A DNA stretch of 62,808 nt, the filler included, from Choristocarpus tenellus KU-1152 (lineage: Eukaryota; Protista; Phaeophyceae), in the NCBI GenBank assembly GCA_964200185.2. It is 15 parts of 15 records of this genome, joined end to end, with 100 filler letters (N's around TTAATTAATTAA, not from the genome) between each part and the next. Parts side by side here need not be neighbours in the genome. Positions count along the whole stretch, not along the records: positions 48,447 to 55,087 come from CAXNAD020007684.1; positions 55,188 to 58,655 come from CAXNAD020019826.1; positions 58,756 to 62,808 come from CAXNAD020016458.1; 12 more parts are not named here. One strand, given 5' to 3'. A program made the position numbers and the translations under genes. Positions 51,501 to 62,808 of this stretch are shown one piece after another (position 1 is the stretch's first letter; each line of letters starts with the position of its first letter). The notes beneath the pieces were generated by a model. The model saw only the letters and a list, made by a program, of their open reading frames with translations, had not been told where the DNA came from and did not search any database.

Positions 51501-52304
51501 ATGTATGTCAATATTTGGTTCAAAGCCTACCTTGCATGATGGCGTAGTTGGAGCATATTCTTTTGCCTGGCACCGCCGTTTCCCTTCTCCTGTCACTAAA
51601 ACAATACTCCCGAGTATATAGGACAGTTGAACATTTGGCCCTGTGAATCCAGACTTTCATCTCACAAATTTCCCAAATCTGACAGGGTATAATACATTAG
51701 AGGACAAAATATTAACATGAGTAAATATATGCCTGCTCTTTTGCCAATCTCCAATATTCAAAATTCCTCCACATTTTCTTCATGGATGTGTTAATATATT
51801 CATGGGGGGGGGGTTTGTGCTGCACCTGGATGGTTATCATAAAAGTAGTTTGGAGGTAATTTTTTAAAAGAGTACTTTGTATGATAACTTCTTTTACCAA
51901 TATCGATAACAGTTTCATTGCGTCTTGGAGTAGTCTTTCATTTCGGTGAACCACTCACAAGAACATAATATTTTTGACAGTCCCATAAGCCACCAACTCA
52001 GAACCATACATTAACGGTGTTGTGATGACTTCTCGCCTATGCTATATTTATCTCAAGTAGCTTTTATTCTAAGTGTTACACTAGAGTCCTTTTTTCCATA
52101 TAGGCTGGTTTTTTACCCTTGTCTAGGACTACCTTCATCCTAACCTTTTGCTGTCCCAATCCCCTTCCACTCTTATCTCTAAGGAGTGGCTATGAGAATT
52201 TTCAGCGGGTAGATGCTGTGTATGCCCTGCCAGTGGCCCTTGTGGAGCAGCTGGGGTTAAAAAGTCAGATGCGAGGCTCGCTCTCCATAAAGAAACAAGG
52301 GTAG
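48553..52304 (+). CDS. RABGGTB: Geranylgeranyl transferase type-2 (Rab GGTase) beta subunit, 3' part; exons 48553-48722, 49322-49440, 50205-50329, 51241-51398, 52184-52304
   Basis: Spliced frame is open: [98 protein letters not shown]. Confidence 0.95.
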
Positions 52305-53784
52305 TGCCATAAATGAACCCAAATTGGTATGCCTTTTGAGGCAATGGTGCATTTGCAGGATTTTGAAGAGTACTCCCGTATAGAACTTTGTTACCTCTGA
52401 AATGTAGATTGTAGTATTGTAAAATATCTCTTGATCACATCACATTGAGTTTTTTGTGTTTGCAAATGGCAGGACGGAAGAGTGAGATTAGGAAGAGGGG
52501 GGCGATGACCTTGGGTTTTCTGACGCACTTTATACCTTTGCTAAATAATGACTACTACATCAGAATGGATCCTTGATGCAAATGCAAGTATTACATTTTC
52601 TTGTGACCCAGGATGTTTTCTCAACTCTTTGCCAGGAAAAAAGGTTGTACCTGGATATATAGAAACATTGAGCATCTGAATCTAAAGCCAGTCAGCTGCT
52701 TATTAGCACATCTATTTGCAGCAGCCCCATATGAGGTAGCATCAAGGGTCAGCAAAGGGCTGTGAGTGTGTATGTTAGGGTAGATACTAGGAAGGTGACC
52801 CATCTTAAAACCATTGCAGCAGACAAAACTCTTCAACTAAATAGGAGCACTACAATCTCACACCCTTGTTCAAAAGAACAGTAATTAACTATGCAATTTG
52901 TTGACCACCAATGAAGAGTCATACAGAGAGGTGTTACTGCAGTCTGTGGCTTCACATTGCAATCAGCTGTTCTGTTTCTCCTACCATTGCCATGCTGGAA
53001 CAGGTGGATGAACAGCAGAGACATTTGTGGTTGACTTAATCAAAATCAGGAGGAACAGGGGTCACCTGCCAGGGTTATCGTTTATTGGAAATAGGATACA
53101 GTATGGTCTCTGGTTAGGACACAGGGCGAACACACCTATAAAAACATGAAGATAAGGGAGAGGGTCTTGAGATTGATTTTCCCATATTCCCCTTTCCCCT
53201 GAAAATAGTTTGCTGGGTTTAATTCAGACCAATGCAATCAGAGGGAACACCTCCAGCAATAAACACACTCTGCATGTGGGCTGCTGTGGTACTTTTGAGG
53301 CTACCAAAAGGAGACAACTGTTATTTTTCGCCTGCAGAAAAAAGAGGTGTACATGAGTCGCAAATGGTTTGAATTACTTCCAGCAAACTATTTTCAGGTA
53401 GTTGGACACTGGACAAAAGGGGGACCTATTCATGCCAAACATAGAGATAGGCCAATTTATTTTTTATTCTTCCACTCAGAAGGAATAGGTCTGGAAAATG
53501 AGTGAAATGTTGTCACTAGTGGAAAATAATCAGTGTGGTACTACTGGTTCATAGCTTTGCTTCTTCAGTTGTCGTGAGCAAAACATTCGAAGCAGGAGAG
53601 GTATATGATTGCCCACACTGGTATCCAACTTCAGTTTAAAGTACAGGTAGAGTAAAAGATATTTGATGGATCTAATTTGTAACACAGAAAATTATCACAG
53701 GTGAAAAAAAGGCACATCAGCTTTTCACCTTATCTAATAAGATCAACACAATATAGGGTGAAGTTTTAAAGCGTTGTACAGTAC

Positions 53785-54965
53785 CTGGGGTTGTAGACTG
53801 AGTAGTTACTGGGGCTGCTGGGCACAGTGGACAGGCCTGCCAGGCCGGGTGCAGCGCTAGCCCAGTTGAATACTGCTGCAGAGCTGCTATTACTATGCCT
53901 GAGGTACTCTGACATCTCCTCTCTCTGATGGATATTCAAGATCGCTCCTTCCCCCCCAGTGATCCTGGTAAGGTCAAGGCATTTCCAAGGGTAATTTCAA
54001 GGTCTGCCATGGATTTTGTTGTTCACTTGTCCTGACTTTGGTTGCCACAAGCTCTTCACAAACTAGTTTTAGCACTACTTTGTCTGAGGCAAGCCTCTCA
54101 AATTCTTGATTTACAATCAGCTTGGTTCTCAGCACAGCGCATTTGGGACCCCTCGTCCCTCTACCAAAGCTGGTTTCATCTCTTCCACTGACCCATACTT
54201 TTGGAGGTAGGCAGTTGCAAGACCAACGAGCTTGGAGTGGTCTTCCAAGATGAGATGAGCATACCGATTTGAGGTATCCTGCAGTTAAGGGGAAAAAGGA
54301 GGAAACAGAAAGTGCATGGAGTACTGGGAGTCAGTCCACATACTTGAGCGTGCACACACACACACATGCACATGAGATAACCTGAGCCCAAGCATGGACT
54401 TTTTTGGCGGCAAAAAGTATTTTTAACATGTTTTTCCTTGTCACCATAAATGGATCATGGGAGAAATAATACGTATGAGGTAGAAGATACCTCAATGACA
54501 CATGACAATAGTGGCAGATGTAGTTACGTAATCTGGACTGGATATGATGTTATCCAACCCTCCACGGCATTGCCTGTCACAGAGTCAATGTTTAAGGAAC
54601 CAGGGAGCTAAACTATCGTCTATGCTTGTCAAAAACACACGCCTATATGTATATATGCACTACACATACATGCATAAGAAGTAATCTCTGCTGGAGCACC
54701 TGTTCCATTCTAGAGGGAGCGTTTAGACAGACTCTTATCAGAAGTATATAGAAACCTGAATTGCAGGTGTCGCCCCAACAGCAACATTGTTGTCCCCTCG
54801 TGTGAAGTCTGTCCCATTACTGTCACTTCCCTCCCTTATCTCCATGGATTGTGAACGCGAGTAGTTGACATACACCCGACGGATGCCCACACGTGGTTCC
54901 TCATCCTCAGTAAAGTGGCGGAAGGTGGCCTTTGCCACGCTCACACTATTTAGTTGGATGAGAGC
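53785..54965 (-). CDS. PTB/hnRNP-L-like RRM protein (partial); exons 54965-54756, 54278-54199, 53964-53785; last exon uncertain
   Basis: ALIQLNSVSVAK...PRVGIRRVYVNYSRSQ matches PTB/hnRNP-L RRM; later exons are phase-compatible with GT-AG sites. Confidence 0.6.
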
Positions 54966-55187
54966 CTATGCAAAGGCCAGGCAAACAAGAAGAGGACAAG
55001 GTATGGCTATGAGGTGGAGGGACAGGCAGAGAGCATGGATGCGGGGGGGGGGGGGGGGGGGGGGGGAGAGGGGGGAAAAAAGAGTAANNNNNNNNNNNNN
55101 NNNNNNNNNNNNNNNNNNNNNNNNNNNNNNNTTAATTAATTAANNNNNNNNNNNNNNNNNNNNNNNNNNNNNNNNNNNNNNNNNNNN

Positions 55188-55900
55188 GGTCCTCAGTGGG
55201 GTACAGGTACACACCTTGCCCATCTTTGAGGATGTAAAACCACTTCTCATCCACATGTACCCAGTCATAGAGACTGTCAACTAGTATCCTACCTCCCTCT
55301 TCCTGTGCGTGTGGCTGATGACGACACCCACCCTATTGACTTTCTGTTGGTCTGAGAGGACTGGCTTATTCCACCGCTTGGCCTTCTTCACCTTCTCACG
55401 CTTGTACAGATTCCCACAACGAGGCAAGGGAGACCCCAGCTTTGGCCGCCCATTTGTGGAAGGATATTTGCTGTGTACCGATGGGACATCCCAAACGTTG
55501 AGGATGTATGTACGGCAGCCACATCGCCCCTTGCAAGGTCATATACATGCAAGGTCCTTGCATTCACCCTGTGCAATCAGATTGTCATACCCCTTCAGAT
55601 GATGGAACCCAGTGATTCAGGAAATTCCAAAGCCCAAAGAAATGACCCCGGCCTTCCACCTAGACATCTGATTCTCACGCCCTCTTGCCTCCAGGCACCA
55701 CGTTATCATGCTGTTCTTCGTCGGGTCGTTTGAGTCTTGACCGTGGACAGACTTCTGGACCAAAGAATTATGACTGACGGGCGACGACAGGATGAGCGAG
55801 CTGCTCGAACTATGGGGTACCTTCGTCCTAGACATCCTAACTAACACTCGCTTTGACAGTTTCACGAGGTTTTTGAACCTAGTCAAATGCAACTTGGTCG
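55188..55900 (-). mobile_element. Second DD39D mariner transposase pseudogene (N-terminal half, cut by the linker)
   Basis: KPVLSDQQKVNRV then DSLYDWVHVDEKWFYILKDGQGVYLYPTE. Confidence 0.82.
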
Positions 55901-56611
55901 ACTTTGCACTGGTGATCCTTCACAGTAGTCAAGTCAGTCCACCATCTCAAACTTTGCACACCTCCCAATGTATTCGGGAACTAAGCCTCATCCAAACGGT
56001 TTATCTTGATGGTCATTGCTGGACGAGAAGAGAGCTTGCAAAAATTATGATACATATACCTCTGAACGGAGGAAATACGTATCTGTGTTTATTCTTGTTA
56101 GCGCATAACTACATATACTTGAAGGATTAGCGAAAAATACAAATGCCACCATAGTTCAAAGATATGTATGAAGAATGAAGACGTTTCCGTGAGGTTTATC
56201 GAACGTTGAGATGCCGGTGTTCCACGAAGCAGACAGAAGTCGTTATCACCCCACTAAACGCACACTCTCCCCAACTGGTCCATCTCACTCTTCATTATTC
56301 CCCTTCAGTCCATTCCTGTACCTTTCTTTCACTCCTTCCTCCCCTCGCTGTGTAGGGAATAGAGAAAGCGACCAAAACCGTGTAATCTACAGGGGAATCC
56401 CTCTGTCTTTGTGAACCACCACTGAGATATTTCTTACACTTTTTCGCACACATTTTCGAAAACCTAGCCCTTTCTCTAATCCTAACTTATGTGTGAAAAA
56501 ATCCCTAACCAGCCGAGGAAATATTTTAGAAGTGATGAAGGAGTACAGCGTGCACTGGGAAACCGCAACCTCTAAAGGAATCGCCTTTTCACACTCATTT
56601 ATGAGAATCTT

Positions 56612-56657
56612 GCTCTAACTCTAACCCTAACGCTAACGCTAACCCTGACCCTAACCT
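56612..56657. repeat. Degenerate telomere-type hexamer repeat
   Basis: CTCTAACTCTAACCCTAACGCTAACGCTAACCCTGACCCTAACC. Confidence 0.8.
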
Positions 56658-57379
56658 TGGCGTGTAGAAGTGAAAAATTATCGAAGTGGTGGTTCCCCAA
56701 GACGGGGTGGGGTTTCTCTGTCCACTTCAACGAAATTTGCAACCCTTTGCCCTTGGTGATACCGACGTGTTGTATATCAAGAATCGACAAGCGTTGTAGA
56801 GTGAGAGAAGGGAGAGTGCGAGAAGGTATTGACAACATATCTGAAACGATAAAAAAAAACGAAAATGGACTTTTTCTATTGAGGTTCGAACAAGACAGAA
56901 GGTCGAAAAAACATGTGGAAAGAAATTAAAAAAACAGAAAAATTTGTGGGACGGAGTTTTCAAAATATAAAGATTACTATACAAACAGGGAGTGCTTCCC
57001 CAAGCATAAAGCACAAACATGAACCCAACGGCGACCACCCCCCACTCTGATTCGTCCTGTGTGAAAGTATCACTTTGGTGAGCGCCCAGATTCAACTGCT
57101 GGATAGTGCATCCATCTTTTTTTGTGTTCTGAATGGTGTTTTGAGTGGTGTTACTACCCAGAAGATCCAAAGGCCTTTTGCATTTCCTGCTTCCAAGTTC
57201 ATCATACTTTTTGCACTTCTAAACCTCTGGTCAAATCTTACGGGGAGTACTGAGTAGGTTTTTATTGGAACATACACATACAAGAGTTGCAGCAGATTAT
57301 TCACTTCTCCCTATTGCAAACAACAGCGAAAAGCCTGTATGTTCTAATTGTTCGACTCTTGTACCAATCTAAAACCCAG

Positions 57380-58375
57380 TCACGTGCTACGAGACATCCT
57401 GTGGATTTCCTGCTTGACAGAGTCGTCACTGCAGAAATGAGAGCCTCCAGCACACCTCCATCCCCCATTCGACCGGATCCATTTATACCCTGCCACACAC
57501 ACCCCCATCCGCTGGAGGGCTGCCTGCACGGCTTTCTGTGCCCTAATCTCTGCCTTACGCTGATCCTTGGCCCTCTGAAGGGCCTCCCTCAAGCGTTTTG
57601 CTTCCTCCTCTGCTGCAAGCCTGGCAACACGATCTTTCTCCTCGAGGCCTCGACGCAATGCATCCTCTAGGGCTGCCACCATGTTTGCCTCCTGTTGTTT
57701 GGCCTCTGCTTCAGCAAATTGTTCAGATTCCTCATTTTTTATCAATTCGTCCAACTTTTTTCTATCCTTTTTGAGCCGAGTGCATAGAGCAATCTCAGCA
57801 TCCTTGTCAGTAACCCCATGACCTACACATCCTCCAGGTTCTAAACCTAGGGAAGAAAGAAAGAGTGGATTTGCATACAGATTGGGGGTATCAGGAGAGA
57901 TGCCAGCAGAAGTGCACGCAGCCACTATAGCCACTTGGTCTGCCTGAGACAGGTCTGTCCATCCAGCAATTTCATCACCAGACCCATTGCTACAACCTCC
58001 TTTTGCCTCCCTAGAGATGTCCTCATCATTTGACAACTCGGCACGCCTAAGCTCAGACTGAGACATAGCAACATCTACCTCCACCGAGGTTTTGGTTGAG
58101 GGAGGGAAGGCACTCTCAGTTGCGCAGTTGTCATAAGCCAAAGCTGGATTTTTGTCTCCCAATTTTCCAGAAGGAAGCATTGTGGAGCGAGAAGTTGCAG
58201 GGGTCATCTGGTTTAGGATTTCCTGAGCTGCCTTCTCCAAATCAGGAGTGGAGACCTTCATATTTATTTCTTTCGCATCTTCGTCTTCAATACTACTGCC
58301 AAGGCGCTTGCCCACCTCCGAGAAAATGCGTTTAGCAAGATCTTTGATCGTTCGACCATTTCCGAATCGTGGAGC
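57380..58375 (-). CDS. Terminal exon of a CbbX/CfxQ-like AAA ATPase protein with Cys/His C-terminal motif
   Basis: TGCAG acceptor; FGNGRTIKDL (CbbX-type lid), coiled coil, LQRMGVCVAGYKWIRSNGGWRCAGGSHF; about 330 open codons. Confidence 0.78.
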   Translation of the reverse strand, partial: APRFGNGRTIKDLAKRIFSEVGKRLGSSIEDEDAKEINMKVSTPDLEKAAQEILNQMTPATSRSTMLPSGKLGDKNPALAYDNCATESAFPPSTKTSVEVDVAMSQSELRRAELSNDEDISREAKGGCSNGSGDEIAGWTDLSQADQVAIVAACTSAGISPDTPNLYANPLFLSSLGLEPGGCVGHGVTDKDAEIALCTRLKKDRKKLDELIKNEESEQFAEAEAKQQEANMVAALEDALRRGLEEKDRVARLAAEEEAKRLREALQRAKDQRKAEIRAQKAVQAALQRMGVCVAGYKWIRSNGGWRCAGGSHFCSDDSVKQEIHRMSRST

Positions 58376-58899
58376 CTGCATGGAGAGTACGGAGTTGGAA
58401 GTGAAGGTTACTCAATGAATGATGCTACAGAAGAACTCAGCCAGTCGAGATCAGGGTATACAGGTTAAGAAACAGTGTGAACATTTTCAGTGTGGTGTCT
58501 ATATCAGTCCCTGCATTTGGCTATTGAGCACTAGAGGAAGTTTATGGCACATGATACATTCACGCCTGCAAATATCCATACCAGTGTTACAATCAAGGGT
58601 GTGTGTTTGACCCAAAGTACCTGTGGGGGGGGGGGGGTGCGATCGGGAGAGCAAANNNNNNNNNNNNNNNNNNNNNNNNNNNNNNNNNNNNNNNNNNNNT
58701 TAATTAATTAANNNNNNNNNNNNNNNNNNNNNNNNNNNNNNNNNNNNNNNNNNNNCCCCCCACAGATATTTCGGGTCTGAAGTACTATGACGGTTATGTC
58801 CTACTCTTCTGGATGTGGTCATAGCGCAAGGAGAATAAACTACTTATCTAATCCAGATGTCAGCTGGGATGATAGCAGAGTGTTGGGTGACTCAACAGC

Positions 58900-60700
58900 A
58901 AACAACGCACAGCAAATCCGTGATTCCATGGTAAGCACAGGAAATTAGTTGACATTTATGGACTAGTGTGTTAAAATCTGGAATTGAATATTTTTGAATC
59001 TAAGCAAACTTTAAAATATTTCCTGTAACGGTCAAAAAACTGCAGGGAATTATCGCCAACTTCAGATCTTGTCCGGAGCTTGGTGATGCATGTGGCTGAA
59101 CAGTGAAATGTTGTGAAGGAGATTACATTCCAGAGTACTTCTGTTTGCGTGTGGGGAGTTCACTTACATATTTACCTTATGTCAAGGCAAAGTCCATTTT
59201 TTTCTTCACAAGCCTTGCGATTTTGCCTCTGTAAAGATTCCTTTGAACTTGTCACAGTCCCAAATCACCTTCTTATCTCAATATGATATGTTACAGCGTG
59301 CCCCTCAGAACTCACCTCCACAGGATATGGAACTCAAATCCAACGACCTTAAAACAACGCTACGCGGGGGTTCACAGATGATAACCACGTACGGTGTCAG
59401 TTGATGCTTCGCTCAGTAAATATCTCGCTTTTCGCTTTATCAAAAGAGGTGAGGATCAAGAACTGAGTGTGTGGTCATCCGCATCAGCCTTTTATTAAAC
59501 ATCATTCACCATTTTTTCTACAGCCAAAGAGTTAAATGAAGTCTGCAAACTGCTAAGTAGATGCTTCAATCATAAATCTTTATTCTGCAACTTTCAGGAA
59601 TTGACATCTATTCTGTAAGATTATGTTTGCATTTCAAATCTTACTCTGCATCTTCTATCAATTCAAAGTTCCTCCTACAGAAGAGGACTACCGAGTGCAG
59701 GGTGCCCTAGAGACAGACTTCAACCAGCTTAATGTGTACTGCTCATGAAGTATCATTTTCCCATCATCGTCCTACAGAGGTGTTGATCGAAGAGCAAAAA
59801 CTCGGTTGTTCATCAGATTAAGAGCATGTAGAACTGACTCAGAATATTATAGTGTCAAATTTTCATGTAGTATACAAAAAAATTCCTGCACACCATGTAT
59901 GTGTGTGTGTGTGCATTATATGGAAACCTTCCCATAAACTGTACGATGGTTACTTGAAGTACGTCTTTCCTGGATTTTCTAAGGTTGAGGTTCTTTGTTC
60001 CCGAAGAGCTATTTTCGAAAGTGAATTCGTAGGCGATGTTTCGTTTTGCCCTTTTTCATACATGATTGCTAGCAGTGTAATATCTTCTTGTATACTATAG
60101 TAGGACAAAAGCGAGGTCTCGCCAGTTTTTGTTGGGCATTTGTTTGCTCAGGATGCCATGTTTAGATCTTGGAAACATCAACTCAGTAAAGGATTTTTTT
60201 AATAACAGAGAACACAAACAGATCAGTAATTTGAACATACACACAGCACAATGTGTCAGTAAATAATGTGAGGTGAACAGGGGTGGGAAGGAAAGCACTA
60301 TATCTTCCATTCTAAAGCAGCAGATGTCCCCACAGAGAAGGCACGGTTAAGCCTGTAAACATCATCTCCTCCAGAGCACATCACTGCTGTGCTTCTCACA
60401 CTAATTGCACACACCTGTCCCGTTGGGTTCAGACTCTCACCGCTTGTGGTTCAATGTCCTCTTTTGAAACTTCTGCGGACCAATCCCTAATTTTCCCCCT
60501 TGATATTGGTGTGCCTCGTTTGTGGCATAGCACAGACAGAACAGTGCAGGTGCGCAATCTGTTGTGCTTGCCACATGGAATGGCATCGTCAAAAACAGAT
60601 ATTAGTGAAAGAATTCTGCTGCTTTAGGGGCTCAAATCGGATAATTCATGTAGGTAGCTGCTCCTTCGTCACTGAGGTACGAGGAAATAGATGAGACATC
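58900..60700 (-). mobile_element. Possible very degenerate hAT-like transposase relic
   Basis: Scattered SDEGA, PCTR*SS, LDP and LQFF fragments in hAT motif order; weak. Confidence 0.25.
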
Positions 60701-62159
60701 CTACTCCTTCTATATGGTATGAATATCCAACCCCTTCCTACTCCCCTGCCTATGGTTGGAAGAATACTCCTTCTAAAACTTGGCCCCTTCCCCTAGCAAC
60801 TCAAGAAAGTCGCCTCTCCCACACACTGGCAGACCTGTGGCTACCTTTAATTTTAGAGTCTTGTAGTATAAACTTAAATACCAGAAAAACTCGTAGAGGA
60901 TTTACGACCCCTGTATCAACAGTCGACCACATACGTTATAGAGAGTTTACCTCACCCAAATAAAAGTTTTAACAAAGCATCCCTGCTATAGATCATCTAA
61001 CCTTATAGTGTTATACATCATCGTGCTTTACATCACTCTAGGACTGAACCACTCTCAAAATATGTAGCTCATCTTCGAAGCTGAAACAATTGGAGCATCA
61101 CACTAGAAAGAGCTGTCAAATCCCGTTTACAACAGATAGTGCCTGTCACAACACAAGTGGCACAATCAAGACGTGTCATGCGTTTTAAGCTGGAGACACC
61201 AGGGAGATGGGCAAGGAAGGAGGGGCCTGTCAGATTCTTGGGATGCTTCCCTTGTTCCTCGCCCTGTGGAGTAGGGCTAAGCTAGGTTGGAGGCATAGAA
61301 GAGGAGTCGTGCAGCATAGCTGGCAGTAAAATAGTATATAGATTATAGAGAGATATCTTTGACATTTACGACAGCTGCTACTTTTACAGGGGTTCTTTCG
61401 ATATTGAATTGGCTGTGCACAATAGTTTACGCAAAATTGATATTCCCCCTTTCCGCACACAAAGGAACGGCACATTTAAGTAAAGGCTTTTCCTGAAATT
61501 GTACAATATGGGGTCATTTAACCCTGCCTATCCATCAGTTGGTTTGACTCTGTATCCATGTGTGTGTCAAGTTTGAGTCAAGTTGGACAGATATTTTGCA
61601 AGTCTGACATCATGGTCGACTTCTAAGGACACGTGTTATTATTACAGGTGCCCCTCAGAAGCTCACCTCCACAGGATGTTTAGTTCCAATCCACGGTCTT
61701 ATAGATGATACTGATGTAGGCATAGGACTCCTGATGCACAAGTCGTCAAGTATGCTGGATCTCTCACTTGGATTATCGTAAAAATCATGGTATAAAAAGG
61801 AACTGGTCTAAGATGTCTTATCACAATCGGGGATCAAATAATAAATAAAAAGTCAAGAAGTACAAGTATATCAAATCTAGAACTTCAATGTCATAATGGT
61901 GTTTATGAAACCGCCATCAAGACATATCGCCTGTGACATACCCCCCTAGCATGAAGTATAACTGCTTCAATGCGATAAACAGGCGGTTGGACAAGGAAAT
62001 ATAATGTCTCTCCTCATCCTGTCATGAACGCAGCAGAAATGAAATGAATGTCATTTCCAGGTCCTAACATATCAATAGGCAGCGTTGGGCACCAAGCGGA
62101 GGAGGAAAACCCCCCTTCCTCACAGTACTCACTCTGCACTTGATTCAACGTTCAAAAGA

Positions 62160-62540
62160 AAAAACTCCTGCACCAGAGTCTCATACACACGTCAAAAGTA
62201 GGGTAGTGTCAAAAACGACTCCACCCCTCCCAAGATAAACAAACATAAATGCTGACACAGAACCATAGTAGCACTGAACTTGGGTATTGTCATGCTAGAA
62301 AAAAAATTACACCAGAGTCTCATTCACACGTCAAAAGTAGGGTACTGTCTAAAAAGAGTCCACCCCTTCCAAGATAAACAAACACAAACACAGGCACAAA
62401 ATCATAGTAAAACTCCTACACCAGAGTCTCATATACACGTCAAAAGTAGGGTACTGTCTAAAAAGACTCCATCCCTTCCAAGATAAATAAACACCAATAC
62501 AGACACAAAACCATGGTAGCACTGAACTTGGGTAGTGCCA
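62160..62540. repeat. Diverged tandem repeat of about 110-150 bp x3
   Basis: CACCAGAGTCTCAT.CACACGTCAAAAGTAGGGTA.TGTC recurs at about 62171, 62310 and 62419. Confidence 0.88.
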
Positions 62541-62808
62541 TGGACTCTCCCCTTTCAGAACTAGAACACAGAAACGACAGGGCACTAAGACCATGACTCA
62601 CAGTCACAAAAGAGATTGGGTGCTTTCATGGAAAGTCTTACCCTTGCTAGGAAAAATGAATATATACCAAAAAATTCAAACATCTTACAATAAAAAATAA
62701 CAATAGAGAGCATTTCAGCAAGTCTCTCCCTCTTCACAACTATCAGCAAAAATAAATACAGGCACAAAATTACAATAGCACTGAAATAGGGTACTGCTTA
62801 GACTGTCC

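Noticed and set aside
3888-58755. Regularly recurring TTAATTAATTAA palindrome
   Set aside because: Artificial six-frame-stop linker inside N runs; not biological, and it gives no synteny

Overview
This is eukaryotic, intron-rich, transposon-dense DNA, most consistent with a photosynthetic stramenopile such as a brown alga (inference from bipartite plastid-targeting presequences and TTAGGG-type repeats). It is not one locus: 14 artificial 100-bp linkers (N44-TTAATTAATTAA-N44) join 15 contigs of about 3-7 kb, so adjacency across linkers means nothing. Recognisable host genes are the 3' part of Rab geranylgeranyltransferase beta, a convergent PTB/hnRNP-L-like RRM gene, a plastid DUF4079-type gene head-to-head with a probable thylakoid-lumen (pseudo)gene, a 7-exon Q/P/G-rich gene, the last exon of a CbbX/CfxQ-like AAA protein and a dynein-heavy-chain-like exon. 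Mobile DNA includes decayed Ty3/Gypsy, Copia, DD39D-mariner and hAT relics. The best candidate for an undescribed system is about 25 copies or pieces of two MITE families that share one terminal inverted repeat (TIR) and one subterminal box, nest in each other and leave mixed 3-bp/4-bp target-site duplications (TSDs), one of them confirmed by an empty site. A spliced Sola2-like transposase fragment with an upstream repeat array may be their autonomous partner. Other oddities are 5/5 AAG splice acceptors in the RabGGT-beta gene, short TTAGGG patches (one inside a MITE TIR) and an unidentified dispersed decayed coding family. All family assignments come from motif recognition by eye, not database searches.
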